DNA from: a virus | Taxonomy: Duplodnaviria > Caudoviricetes | Reading direction: 5' to 3' (one strand) | Virus record (IMG/VR): IMGVR_UViG_3300030104_002283 | Coordinates: 1 to 57,636 of that record | Length of the DNA: 57,636 bases | Shown: positions 1 through 9,562 of the stretch, in pieces | Numbering within the stretch: the stretch's first letter is position 1 | How the letters are laid out: the number at the start of each line of letters is the position of its first letter | The notes under the pieces: model-generated | Told to the model about the DNA's origin: nothing | The model's database searches: none | What the model saw: only the letters and a program-made list of their open reading frames with translations | Program-made: the position numbers and the translations under genes

Positions 1-28
1 CACAGGGGGTTGTGATTGATTGATGCCC
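1..28. repeat. Terminal overlap with 57609-57636 (circular/permuted assembly)
   Basis: CACAGGGGGTTGTGATTGATTGATGCCC at 1-28 matches 57609-57636 with one mismatch (position 15). Confidence 0.92.
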
Positions 29-237
29 ATTAACATTTGTTCACGCATTGATGGAAGTGGTGGTGTTTTTTCATTAGATGCTACACGACCTTCATAGTCT
101 TTACGCATATCTTCTCTTCGTTGTATTTCAGACATAACTAAATACTGCGGAAACATACCAGTAGGATTAGTCATTTCATTTTGTAAATTACTATCTGGTA
201 AGCTTTTTAAATTATCTTCTAGTTGTATTATATTCAT
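1..237 (-). CDS. N-terminal part of the junction-spanning virion/ejection protein (continues in 56718..57611)
   Basis: ATG at 237 reads MNIIQLEDNLKSLPD...MGINQSQPPV without a stop and joins in frame to the GTG at 57611; fused product about 375 aa. Confidence 0.85.
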   Translation of the reverse strand, partial: MNIIQLEDNLKSLPDSNLQNEMTNPTGMFPQYLVMSEIQRREDMRKDYEGRVASNEKTPPLPSMREQMLMGINQSQPPV

Positions 238-258
238 GTATTAACCCTTTAATATTTG

Positions 259-1185
259 TTATCCCATTCCGCCTTGTAAAGCTTTGTATAAACCTAACCC
301 ACCTAAACCAAGACCTAACAACTGTTGTGTACCTGATGGACTAGGTGTGTATTGTGAAATTTGTGTTCCCGGTGTTACAGGTAAGCCTTGTAGTATTTGT
401 CCATAGAATCCTAGTTGTTGTCTTGGATAAGCTATTTGGTTTAAGAAATCTTTATAACCCATATCTAATCCAGCTTGTCTAAAGTTTCTTCCTACTTCTT
501 GTGCTTGTTGTGCTTGTGATAATCTATCAAAAGCTAATTTCTGTTGCATTGGAGCTTGTCTTCCTAAAAATTCTGCAGATGCTAATTGTTGTCTTGCAGC
601 ATTTAATTGATTAGCTCTATCTCTTTCAAACTGTTGTTGTGCTTGTGAAAAAGCATCTCTTTGTCCTCTAGCTTCTATATCGCCTAATTGTTGTCCTAAG
701 TTTCTTTCTCGTTCTGCTTGTAGTATAGCTTCACGATAACCACCTAAACCACCTGATTGTGCTGCTCTTGATTCTATTTGTTCTCCTGATATGTCAGATG
801 CTCTTTGTGCTTCTCGCTTTTCTATATCAGTTACTAGATTTTGAAATGGATTCATATACATACTAGCTATTCCACTATCAAATCTTTGTGGATTTACTAC
901 ACTTGTTCTAGCTAACTCTGATGCTTCTCCCATTTCTCTAGGTGCACCAGCTAATCCTAAGGCTGTTTGTCTAGCTGCTACTTGTTGTGCTTGTGGACTT
1001 TGTTCAGCTAATCTCTGACCTGTATAAGTTCTATAAGGATTTAAAGACTCATATTCAGTTCTACCTAATAACCTAGTAAAATATGGTGCAGCATATTCTG
1101 GTAAGTTAGTAGTTGTTTGTGTTACTTCTGTTTGTTGCGGTGCACTGCTGCTTTTTCCTTTACCCATTATTAAACCTCTTTTCAA
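259..1185 (-). CDS. Putative DNA ejection/pilot (internal virion) protein
   Basis: Gln/Ala-rich helical body, Gly-rich hydrophobic C-terminus (LLGLGLGGLGLY), position among internal virion genes; real start probably MGKGKS. Confidence 0.6.
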   Translation of the reverse strand: MKRGLIMGKGKSSSAPQQTEVTQTTTNLPEYAAPYFTRLLGRTEYESLNPYRTYTGQRLAEQSPQAQQVAARQTALGLAGAPREMGEASELARTSVVNPQRFDSGIASMYMNPFQNLVTDIEKREAQRASDISGEQIESRAAQSGGLGGYREAILQAERERNLGQQLGDIEARGQRDAFSQAQQQFERDRANQLNAARQQLASAEFLGRQAPMQQKLAFDRLSQAQQAQEVGRNFRQAGLDMGYKDFLNQIAYPRQQLGFYGQILQGLPVTPGTQISQYTPSPSGTQQLLGLGLGGLGLYKALQGGMG

Positions 1186-1639
1186 AAATTGTATAAGACT
1201 TTTCCCAATTAGATTTGCCTAGCCATTTCCACATACCATATCTAGCTGTGCACTCTATACCATCACACTTATTATCTTTAGCCCAAGCTTCTATTGTTTT
1301 TAAATAATTCCATGCCCAATCAGGTAAGTCTTCTCCACCTAAATATTGAACTGCAACTTTTTTACTATTAGGATAATAAACAAATTCAGTAGTAGCTGCA
1401 CCTACTATATCGTTATCTTCTTCTGTAAAAACTACCCAGAGTTGTTGCTCTGCTTGTTTAATAGAATTTTTTAAATAGTCTATAGTCCATCTTCCTTTAG
1501 ACCTTTTAACTGCTTTTTGTAAATATTTTTCTACATCATTCCAAATAGTTTCCATATAGTGATGAGGAACTAATGTAACAATATAATTATTATTTACTTT
1601 ATAATTATTATTTTCTTTTATCTGAGCTACATTATTCAT
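1160..1639 (-). CDS. GNAT-fold-like virion assembly protein
   Basis: LWVV...IVGAATTE...YLGG...IEAWAKDNKCDGIECTAR.G.WKWL pattern typical of acetyltransferase-like genes preceding ejection proteins. Confidence 0.5.
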   Translation of the reverse strand: MNNVAQIKENNNYKVNNNYIVTLVPHHYMETIWNDVEKYLQKAVKRSKGRWTIDYLKNSIKQAEQQLWVVFTEEDNDIVGAATTEFVYYPNSKKVAVQYLGGEDLPDWAWNYLKTIEAWAKDNKCDGIECTARYGMWKWLGKSNWEKSYTIFEKRFNNG

Positions 1640-4470
1640 TTAGGTAACACCTTTCCTTTATTTAATTCTTTTGGTTGTTTAGTAGTGTTAGTTCTTTCTT
1701 GTCTAACTCTATTTAATAATTCATCAAGTTCTTTTGCACCTGCATCAGAAGAGCCATCTCCTAATCCTGATACAACATCAGCTGGAACTATGTATTCACC
1801 GGGAGATACAGCTACACGCTGTTGACTTCCAATCATACCTAAAACTAAATCGTCCATACCTCCGCCCATGCCTTCTACTATACCTTGTGTTTGTGCAGTT
1901 CCATCAGAATTTAAAACTTGTTGTCTTATCATCATAAACATTTCATTACCATATTTTTCTATAAACATATCAATAACTTGTGTATTATTTGGAACTTCTC
2001 CTAATATAGCCATTTGCACTTCTCTTATTTCATCTGGGCTAGGTGTTAAACCTCCTGCTTGTAATTCAAATCCCATTTGTCTCACAGCATCTTTACCTTT
2101 TTCTGTTTTAGCTAAAGCTTGTAATCCTTTTGCATCATCAGGTATTTGTTTACCTTCTTCCATCGTAAATGGTAAATTGTTTCCTATAGGCAATCTTTCT
2201 ATAGACATAAAATCATCACGCATTGGTGGTGTTGGTAATTGTATAAAAGGATTTTCTATTACATTTACTGGCGGCGTTGGTGGTGGTGGAACTGGCGGTG
2301 GAACTACTGGTGGCACTACTAGCGGTGAAACTATTTGTGGTGCTACTGGTGGTGGTGTAAATGGTACAGATAATTCATTTGGCATTGGGGGAACTATTGT
2401 ATCCATTACCGGTGGTAGTGTTGATGGTAGTGTTGGTGGTACCATTAAACTTTCTGGTTCAAAAAAATCTTCTGAACGCCTAATACCCGGACCAAAACCT
2501 CTATCTTCTAATGGTATTCTTGGCATAGGCTCTGGCATAGGCATAGGCTCTGGCATTGGGGGAACTATTGTATCCATTACCGGTGGTAGTGCTGGTGGTA
2601 TAAATGGTACATCTTCTCCTAAAGGTTTAGGTGGTGCCATAGGTGGGGCTATAACTGCAGCTCTTAAACTTGGGTTGGGTTCTACCATAGACATAGGCAT
2701 ACCAATATCTCTCATATCATTACCCATTCTATCTATAGACATAAAATCATCACGCATTGGTGGCATAGGGTCTGTCATAGGTGTAATGTTTGGAGTGTAA
2801 GGTTGTGAATATAAATTACTCATATCTATATTTACAGGGTCAAACATAGGACCAAAGTCTCTTCTTTGTTCATTAAATCTATTATTAGGTTCCATCATGT
2901 CTATAAGACTTTGTTCTATTCTAGGATTACTTAACATATTAGCTGCTATATAAGGATTTATTCCACCTAAATCAAATCCTGTTTGTCCAAGAAAATTACC
3001 TAAACCTGTTAAAGATGAAGCACTTCTATTACCACCGGGTAAGTAATTAAACTCTGGGTCAATACCGGGTCTGTAATTAGCAGATGGTTTAAATTGCCCT
3101 GATGCTATAGGATTTCCTTCTGCATCTAACATAGCTGTGCCTGTCATTGGGTCTATTACAGGTACAGACTCTGCTGTTACTGGACCACTAAGTTGTTTAG
3201 GTGGTGTGTAATAAGCATCAAGACCACCAGACATAGCAGCTTCAAAACTACCTGTAGGTGGTGGTGGTGGCGGTTGTAATCTATCTATAGGTGGCGGTGG
3301 AAATCTAAGTTCATCTCTATCTTCTCTTGGTGGTCTTATTCTTGCTTTTCCGGGTAAAGAACTTACAGAAGTTAATGGTTCTTTATTTTGTGTTTCTCTT
3401 ATTTTATTAATATTTTCTAATTGTTGTTCTGGTGTATTTGCAACTCTTTTACCAAAAAAGTATTGAGGTATTTCTCCACCTTCTTTACCATAATAATAAG
3501 GACTACTCATTGGTATTTGTTCTGGATACATAGCCATTAATTCTTCTTGTTCTCTTATTTTTCCAAGCTCATAATCTTTCATAGCTTGTTCAAAATCTTC
3601 TTGTGCTTGTATAGTACCTCTAGTACCTTCACCTAAAGCTATTGGTAAAAATGAACTAGGTTTAGATAAACTTGATGCTAAATTACCTGCACCTGTTCCT
3701 AAACTAAATCCTTGTGAACCTTCTATTATAGCTCCTGTAGTTGGGTCTATAGTTCCCGGACTTTGAAATGCTTGTTTTAAATTTTGAAATAAAGTTGGGT
3801 TTTTTGCTGCTTCTCCTGCTACATTACTAGCAATAGGTGCAACATCATATGGTATATTTGCTACAGTTTTTGATACTGGGTCAACAAATGTTTGAGCTGC
3901 AGCTTGTTTAGCAGCACTTTCTTGAAGACTTTGAGCAACAATATTTTGTGCTTGTGTGTCTGAAAGCACATCAGTTATAGCAGCACCTGTATTTGTAATT
4001 GGTCCTGTTACTGCTCCTACACCACCTGTTGCTCCCGGAAGTCCTACTATATCATCTGCAGCAGATTGTAAGGCTTGTTGTGCTGCACCACTAGCTGCTT
4101 CTGTTCCTGCTTGAAGTCCTTGTGCTGCTGTTCCTGCACTTTGTAATGCACTACCCAAACCAAAACCTGTTATACCTGCTAATATTCCTTGTTTTAAATC
4201 TCCTGTTTGAACAGCAGTTGCTAAACCAGAACCTAATGCTCCTGCTGCTAAATTACCCATAGTTCCGCCAAGTAAAGCACTACCACCTAAAGAACCTAAT
4301 AGCGGTGCTAAAAAAGGTAAGAAAGCTTCAGGCTGTCCTGTTTGTGGATTTCTTGTTAATGGCATTACAGATGCTAACCCTTGCATTTCTACAGGATTAA
4401 CATGAAGTAACATATTATCGCCATAACGACCTTGTGCTGCTACATTTTGGGTTTGTTGTCTTATATCCAT
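1636..4470 (-). CDS. Internal virion/ejection protein with Pro/Met-rich low-complexity region
   Basis: N-terminal GRYGDNMLLHVNP..E / NPQTGQPEAF motif, Gly-rich hydrophobic segment, C-terminal G.GGGMDD...VSPGEYIVPADVVSGLGDGSS motif. Confidence 0.65.
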   Translation of the reverse strand: MDIRQQTQNVAAQGRYGDNMLLHVNPVEMQGLASVMPLTRNPQTGQPEAFLPFLAPLLGSLGGSALLGGTMGNLAAGALGSGLATAVQTGDLKQGILAGITGFGLGSALQSAGTAAQGLQAGTEAASGAAQQALQSAADDIVGLPGATGGVGAVTGPITNTGAAITDVLSDTQAQNIVAQSLQESAAKQAAAQTFVDPVSKTVANIPYDVAPIASNVAGEAAKNPTLFQNLKQAFQSPGTIDPTTGAIIEGSQGFSLGTGAGNLASSLSKPSSFLPIALGEGTRGTIQAQEDFEQAMKDYELGKIREQEELMAMYPEQIPMSSPYYYGKEGGEIPQYFFGKRVANTPEQQLENINKIRETQNKEPLTSVSSLPGKARIRPPREDRDELRFPPPPIDRLQPPPPPPTGSFEAAMSGGLDAYYTPPKQLSGPVTAESVPVIDPMTGTAMLDAEGNPIASGQFKPSANYRPGIDPEFNYLPGGNRSASSLTGLGNFLGQTGFDLGGINPYIAANMLSNPRIEQSLIDMMEPNNRFNEQRRDFGPMFDPVNIDMSNLYSQPYTPNITPMTDPMPPMRDDFMSIDRMGNDMRDIGMPMSMVEPNPSLRAAVIAPPMAPPKPLGEDVPFIPPALPPVMDTIVPPMPEPMPMPEPMPRIPLEDRGFGPGIRRSEDFFEPESLMVPPTLPSTLPPVMDTIVPPMPNELSVPFTPPPVAPQIVSPLVVPPVVPPPVPPPPTPPVNVIENPFIQLPTPPMRDDFMSIERLPIGNNLPFTMEEGKQIPDDAKGLQALAKTEKGKDAVRQMGFELQAGGLTPSPDEIREVQMAILGEVPNNTQVIDMFIEKYGNEMFMMIRQQVLNSDGTAQTQGIVEGMGGGMDDLVLGMIGSQQRVAVSPGEYIVPADVVSGLGDGSSDAGAKELDELLNRVRQERTNTTKQPKELNKGKVLPK
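2198..2763. repeat. Intragenic direct repeats (32 bp at 2198/2732; 41 bp at 2380/2551)
   Basis: Exact copies encoding PPMRDDFMSI and LPPVMDTIVPPMP. Confidence 0.85.
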
Positions 4471-4809
4471 TTATCTTTCCTCGGTTGTTTCACAACCAAA
4501 TATATTAAAACTCATATCTACTGCACTGGTATAAACTTTTATTACATCAGTTTGGTCAAGTGTTATACCTATTACAATACTTAATGAATCATTTGCTGCT
4601 ACAGATTTATCATAAAATAAAAATTGTTTATCATCTGCACCTGCCCCGCCAACATGAACACTTAATCTAAATGTTATTGCAGAGCCTGTTCTATTTGCAG
4701 CAACTATAGAACTTACTGTTGTTTGGGTTTTATCTGGTACAGTATAAAGCACTGTAGTAGTTGTAGCTGCTGGGTCAACTTGTCCTAATACTTTTAAACT
4801 ATCAGCCAC
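4471..4809 (-). CDS. Small beta-rich virion structural protein
   Basis: LYTVP..T.T.VSSIV.AN motif; tight coupling in the tail cluster. Confidence 0.55.
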   Translation of the reverse strand: MADSLKVLGQVDPAATTTTVLYTVPDKTQTTVSSIVAANRTGSAITFRLSVHVGGAGADDKQFLFYDKSVAANDSLSIVIGITLDQTDVIKVYTSAVDMSFNIFGCETTEER

Positions 4810-5005
4810 CTGTAACTCCCATTAATAAAAATTGATGTCTTCGCATAGCTTTACTGCTTACGCTATCTTGTTTTCTTTTAGCGTTACCTATATCTGAATT
4901 TATATCTTGAAAAGTTTGTTCTATTGTTCTTCTAGTAATAGATTCATTTAACTCTTCATATTCAGGAGTTGTTATAGGTAAAGGCACTGTACTTTTATCT
5001 GCCAT
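4802..5005 (-). CDS. Hypothetical virion protein
   Basis: Start/stop coupled with both neighbours. Confidence 0.55.
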   Translation of the reverse strand: MADKSTVPLPITTPEYEELNESITRRTIEQTFQDINSDIGNAKRKQDSVSSKAMRRHQFLLMGVTGG

Positions 5006-6873
5006 TATCTTTTACCATCTTGTCTTAATTCTAATCTTATATCACCTAATCGCCAACCAAAATTGCCAGTAGAGTTACTTACTCTTATTGCACTTTGTCT
5101 GCTTCTACCTCTAATATTTGCAAATGTAGAACTAGGTGTAACAGATGTTGTAGATAATGTAGATAAATCTTGTAAAGGATAATCTCTTCCTTTAATTATA
5201 AAATCAACTGTATTACCTGTATCAGATGATTTTCTAAATTCTAAATCTGGTATTAGTTTAGACATAAACATAAACTTTTCTCCTGCTGGGTCTAAATCAA
5301 AATCAGATGACTCTATAAAAGCAGTAAATCCATTACCATCTGCTAAACAACCAAACTCTTGATTATATAAATGATTTAATCCAGAATCATCATTTTTACT
5401 AGCAGCTATAGGATAGTCTAAACTATAAGCTGGGTTCCAAGCTGTTCTAACAAAACCATCGCTTGTTGTTCCTATACTCCAACTATTTTCTAAATAATTA
5501 TAAGTTACATATCTATCTATTTCTGTTGAACTAGCACTAGGATAAAACCAAATAATTTCATTATACTTAGGATTAGGTGCTGCAAAAACTTTATAAGCTT
5601 GTCCTTTATTAAAATCACTAAATATATAATCTAATACTGTACATGGTAATTTTTGTACTGAACCTGCATATTGATAAAAAGCTCCATCGTCCATAAAGTA
5701 AACTACTCCACCTGCAGTAGCTGCACCATTTGGAGATATTAAAGACATACCTGTTGCTATTTCATTAAAACTAAATATAAAAGGTTGCCCAACAAAACGC
5801 ATTGAAACTACACCTACATCTGTCCATATAAGTATTTCTTGTCTTGTTTGTAAACCACCTACTATTAAACTTCCTGTAGATAACCTTACACCACCAGCAG
5901 AATTTGTTGCTGTTGGTGTCCAATCTACTGCATTTTCTGCATCTGAAAATCTAACTAATAAAGGGTCAATGGTAGATGAGCCTATTGGATTACAACCTAA
6001 AGCTATAACATGGCGGTCAACATCTGACATTAATAATTGAGATACTGCTACTGGTGTATTACTTGCACCACTTCTGCTACTAGCTAATACTGCTCTTGTT
6101 TCTAAACCACTAGACTCGTCCCAGTAATATATAGGTCCACCTCTAGGTGCTGCTATTACATCATCTCCAAAATTATCTATTGTCCATAATCTTAATTGAT
6201 TATTTAAAGATACAGCTGTTGCAGAACCAAATGTTCCTGCACCCCATGTATCTACACCCCAACCAGTTGATGATACATATACATCTAATCCTACATTAAT
6301 TTGATAAGTGCCTACTGTAGAACTACCACCATTACCAGTATCACTACTGTTTGCAGTTACTTCAGTTCCGCTTGTATTTTTAGCTACAAATGTAAATGTA
6401 TTAGAAGTAGGTATAGAAACTATTTCATATTCTTGATTTAAAACTGCTGCTGTAATATTTCCACCTAAACTAGCAGCATCACTAAATGTAACAAAATCTC
6501 CTGCTACTGCACCATGAGAAGTATCAGTTGCTGTAATTGTTGAGCTACCATTAGTTGCTGCAAAAGTTACATCTCCTGCAGATGTTGTGCTTCTAATAGG
6601 AGTTATGTCGTTATAAGCATTTCCTTCTAACGCATAAAGTTTTTTATGTGTACCTAATATTTTATATTGACTTTGCTCTATATCTTTATATACATGAATT
6701 TTTCTGCAAGTTCCTATAAAAGTATTAGAAGAATATTTTTCCCAACCACCTATTTTTTCTGGTCTGCCTTTTCTAAATCTAATTTTATCAGCATCAAACC
6801 AACCATTTTCATTAGAATAATTAGTTCCTTCTTTATTTATTCCGGGTTTAAATTTAAACTTTGCAAACGGCAT
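5005..6873 (-). CDS. Tail nozzle/head-closure protein (P22 gp10/tubular B-like)
   Basis: 622-aa beta-rich protein with FKPGINKE, RFRKGRPEKIGGW, VRFSD.E, EIIWFYP and C-terminal WRLG..R...R.DG.R; precedes ejection genes. Confidence 0.65.
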   Translation of the reverse strand: MPFAKFKFKPGINKEGTNYSNENGWFDADKIRFRKGRPEKIGGWEKYSSNTFIGTCRKIHVYKDIEQSQYKILGTHKKLYALEGNAYNDITPIRSTTSAGDVTFAATNGSSTITATDTSHGAVAGDFVTFSDAASLGGNITAAVLNQEYEIVSIPTSNTFTFVAKNTSGTEVTANSSDTGNGGSSTVGTYQINVGLDVYVSSTGWGVDTWGAGTFGSATAVSLNNQLRLWTIDNFGDDVIAAPRGGPIYYWDESSGLETRAVLASSRSGASNTPVAVSQLLMSDVDRHVIALGCNPIGSSTIDPLLVRFSDAENAVDWTPTATNSAGGVRLSTGSLIVGGLQTRQEILIWTDVGVVSMRFVGQPFIFSFNEIATGMSLISPNGAATAGGVVYFMDDGAFYQYAGSVQKLPCTVLDYIFSDFNKGQAYKVFAAPNPKYNEIIWFYPSASSTEIDRYVTYNYLENSWSIGTTSDGFVRTAWNPAYSLDYPIAASKNDDSGLNHLYNQEFGCLADGNGFTAFIESSDFDLDPAGEKFMFMSKLIPDLEFRKSSDTGNTVDFIIKGRDYPLQDLSTLSTTSVTPSSTFANIRGRSRQSAIRVSNSTGNFGWRLGDIRLELRQDGKR

Positions 6874-6875
6874 AG

Positions 6876-7319
6876 TTATACCTCATGCCATTCTTTGCCT
6901 TCAAACAATAAGGCTTCTGCTTCTCTTCTTCTTATCAAACCTTGTAATACTTTACCACCTGCTTTATTCCATCTTTTTATTTGTGCAGGTACTCCATTAT
7001 AATCTTTATTATTTAATACTTTTAACAAAGTAGAGTTTTTTAAATTAGTTGGTCCAAGATTAAATGTCCATGATATAAGAGCATCAAATTGATTTTGTTC
7101 TAAATCTACTTCTACTAAATTATTTACAGCTTCTTCAAATACTTCTACATCTTCAAGTAATAACATATCTGCTCTTTCTTGTGATATTTCCATATCCATA
7201 GTTACACCATGAGTTGAGCCATATCCGATTGTAGGCACTCCTGCAGCACAGTGATACGCTTTAAGCTCACAACCCTCAAACTTTTTAATTAAAGACAAAC
7301 CCTCTTGTGATATTTTCAT
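6876..7319 (-). CDS. Endolysin, GH24 phage lysozyme
   Basis: LIKKFEG...C.AGVPTIGYG, QNQFDALIS..FNLG, GL..RR.AE; start moved to MKISQEG at 7319 (RBS GGAG upstream). Confidence 0.93.
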   Translation of the reverse strand: MKISQEGLSLIKKFEGCELKAYHCAAGVPTIGYGSTHGVTMDMEISQERADMLLLEDVEVFEEAVNNLVEVDLEQNQFDALISWTFNLGPTNLKNSTLLKVLNNKDYNGVPAQIKRWNKAGGKVLQGLIRRREAEALLFEGKEWHEV

Positions 7320-7320
7320 A

Positions 7321-7800
7321 CTATTCTCCTTTGTCGTTGGTGTGAGATGCTCCAAAATAGAACGAAATAATTGCACTTGCGAGTCCTCCTAAATAACCTA
7401 ACACTAAATTAATTAGTGCTTCTGAATTTTGTTCTGGTGGCTGTAGTGTTACTAAAAATATATAACCAAGAAATCCACCTATAGTAAATAAACCTATAAT
7501 TCTAGCTGTCCAATCTTTGCTAAACATACCTCTAGCATTTTGTTTATCAGCTACTTCTAACTTAAATACATCGACATCAAGTTCTTTCATCTGTACTTCA
7601 AACTCTTGTTCAGCTTTTTTAAGTTCTAACATTTGTTCTGGTGTAGCATTTTGAATCGCTTGTTGTATAGATTTTTGGTCATTAGATACACCTAATACTT
7701 CTGCTATTTTACCCATAGCCATTCCACCTAAAGGACCACTAATTGCTGTGCCTAATGTTGGTGCAACTGCACCTACTATATTTTTTAATAAACCTTTCAT
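7321..7800 (-). CDS. Putative holin (3TM/GTA-holin-like)
   Basis: N-terminal APTLGTA..GPLGG, two C-terminal hydrophobic helices ending FYFGAS; immediately upstream of the lysozyme. Confidence 0.65.
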   Translation of the reverse strand: MKGLLKNIVGAVAPTLGTAISGPLGGMAMGKIAEVLGVSNDQKSIQQAIQNATPEQMLELKKAEQEFEVQMKELDVDVFKLEVADKQNARGMFSKDWTARIIGLFTIGGFLGYIFLVTLQPPEQNSEALINLVLGYLGGLASAIISFYFGASHTNDKGE

Positions 7801-7807
7801 AAAACTC

Positions 7808-9562
7808 CTAATATACTGTATATATGTTAATTGGTTTTTCTTTACCTTTTACATAAATACTTTTTAATTCTTTTAATGTTATTGTATCAATAAAGTTTTT
7901 AACATTAATAGTGTTGTATCCTATAACAATATCTTCTCCAACTTCTTTGGTAGAACTTTCTAGCCTAGCAGCAAGGTTGACTGCATCTCCTATAGCTGAA
8001 TAATCAAACCTTGTATTACTACCCATATTTCCTATTACAGCTTCACCAGTATTAATTCCTATTCCTATATCAATACCTAAATTTGCTTTTTGCATTTCTT
8101 CTTTTATTTCTATAGCACATAACACAGCAGATGTTTCGTGATTTGGTAAATCTATTGGTGCATTAAATATTGCCATCATGGCATCTCCAATGTATTTATC
8201 TACCATACCGCCATACTTTTTAACTGCATCAGCTTGTATAGTTAAAGCTTTATTCATAATTTGTGTAACTTTTTCTGGCTCTAACTTTTCTGATAAACTT
8301 GTAAAACCTCTTACATCTGTAAAAAGAAAAGTACAATACTTTCTTTCTCCACCTAGTTTTAATAATTCTGGATTATCTTGTAATTGCTTTACTTGTCTTG
8401 GGTCTAAATAATGTTCAAATTGTTTTTTAATTTGTTGTCTTAATTTATATTGTTCTCTAAATCTTAAATAAAAAGCTATGCTACCTGTTATAAATTGAGA
8501 TATTAAACTCCAAGTAACATCTATTAATAAACCTTTTTGTATAAAGTAATATCCAATACTACCTGTAATAAACATAGATAATAAACTTAATACTATTCCC
8601 CATGTTATTCCAAAATAAAAAAGCACAAACCAAACAATAAGAACGCTTATTATAAATATTAACAAGTTAATACTTATTGCCCAGTCAGGTATATAAGGAC
8701 TATTTTCTATTAATATACTTTCTGCTAAAGCTGTTTGTATTTTATGTGGTTCTAACAATCCAACTGGAGTAGCAATTTGTGGCATTACACCATTAGCAGT
8801 AACACCTATAAAAACAAACTTACCATTTACATTCATTTCTTGTAAATCTGTTTGTGGTGTATCAACCCAACTAATCCACTTGCGACCAAGACTATCTGTT
8901 TTAACTGGTGGTATTCCTCTTATTGATATTTCTGATATACCATTATCATTAGTTTTTATAATATAAGTTTTAACACCAAATAAAGCTTTGTATATTTGTG
9001 TACCAAAACTAGGTATCCATTCGTCATTAGGTGTTTTAACTAATAAAGGTATTCTTCTTACTAATTGGTCAATATCAACGGGAGCAACGGCTAAACCTTC
9101 TAGTGAATTGGAGGATAGTAACGGCAGGTTTTCCTTTACTCCCGAAGAAATTATACCACCATTATTTTTTCCAAGTATAACTGTTCCAGTTGGTTTAGGA
9201 TAATTACCTTTACCATCTTCAAACATAGCTATAACAGATGGTGCATAACCTAAAGACCTTGCAAAACTTTCATCACCACCCATTCTATCTGGTTGTGGAA
9301 AAGATATAACCCAACCTACACCTAAAGCACCTTTACCTATAATATCTAATTGTATTTCTGCTAATCTTTGTCTAGGTAATGGATAACCACCTTCTCGTTC
9401 TACATCTTCTTCTGTAATATTAAGTATTACAAAATTACCTGATGGCTCTGGAGTTTTTATTAAACTATCAAATGTTTTTAATTTAATTATCTCAGTAGGT
9501 GTGCTTTGAAATAATAAAGGTAAACTAAGTAATATAAGTATAGGTAATATTAGTTTCTTCAT
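7808..9562 (-). CDS. CHASE2-domain membrane adenylate cyclase (class III)
   Basis: Periplasmic CHASE2-like region (YPLPR, D.D..VRRIPL), three TM helices, catalytic motifs FTDVRGFT, DKYIGDA.M, GNMGS..RFDY..IGDAVNLAARLE. Confidence 0.93.
   Translation of the reverse strand: MKKLILPILILLSLPLLFQSTPTEIIKLKTFDSLIKTPEPSGNFVILNITEEDVEREGGYPLPRQRLAEIQLDIIGKGALGVGWVISFPQPDRMGGDESFARSLGYAPSVIAMFEDGKGNYPKPTGTVILGKNNGGIISSGVKENLPLLSSNSLEGLAVAPVDIDQLVRRIPLLVKTPNDEWIPSFGTQIYKALFGVKTYIIKTNDNGISEISIRGIPPVKTDSLGRKWISWVDTPQTDLQEMNVNGKFVFIGVTANGVMPQIATPVGLLEPHKIQTALAESILIENSPYIPDWAISINLLIFIISVLIVWFVLFYFGITWGIVLSLLSMFITGSIGYYFIQKGLLIDVTWSLISQFITGSIAFYLRFREQYKLRQQIKKQFEHYLDPRQVKQLQDNPELLKLGGERKYCTFLFTDVRGFTSLSEKLEPEKVTQIMNKALTIQADAVKKYGGMVDKYIGDAMMAIFNAPIDLPNHETSAVLCAIEIKEEMQKANLGIDIGIGINTGEAVIGNMGSNTRFDYSAIGDAVNLAARLESSTKEVGEDIVIGYNTINVKNFIDTITLKELKSIYVKGKEKPINIYTVY

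Noticed and set aside
2198-2763. Repeat pairs as a diversity-generating retroelement TR/VR
   Set aside because: Copies are identical, with no adenine-specific differences, and no reverse transcriptase is present
1868-2800. 310-aa plus-strand ORF and many other antisense ORFs (e.g. 11657, 16867, 29492, 41066, 52068)
   Set aside because: They lie opposite well-supported genes, mirror their codon bias and lack RBSs or motifs
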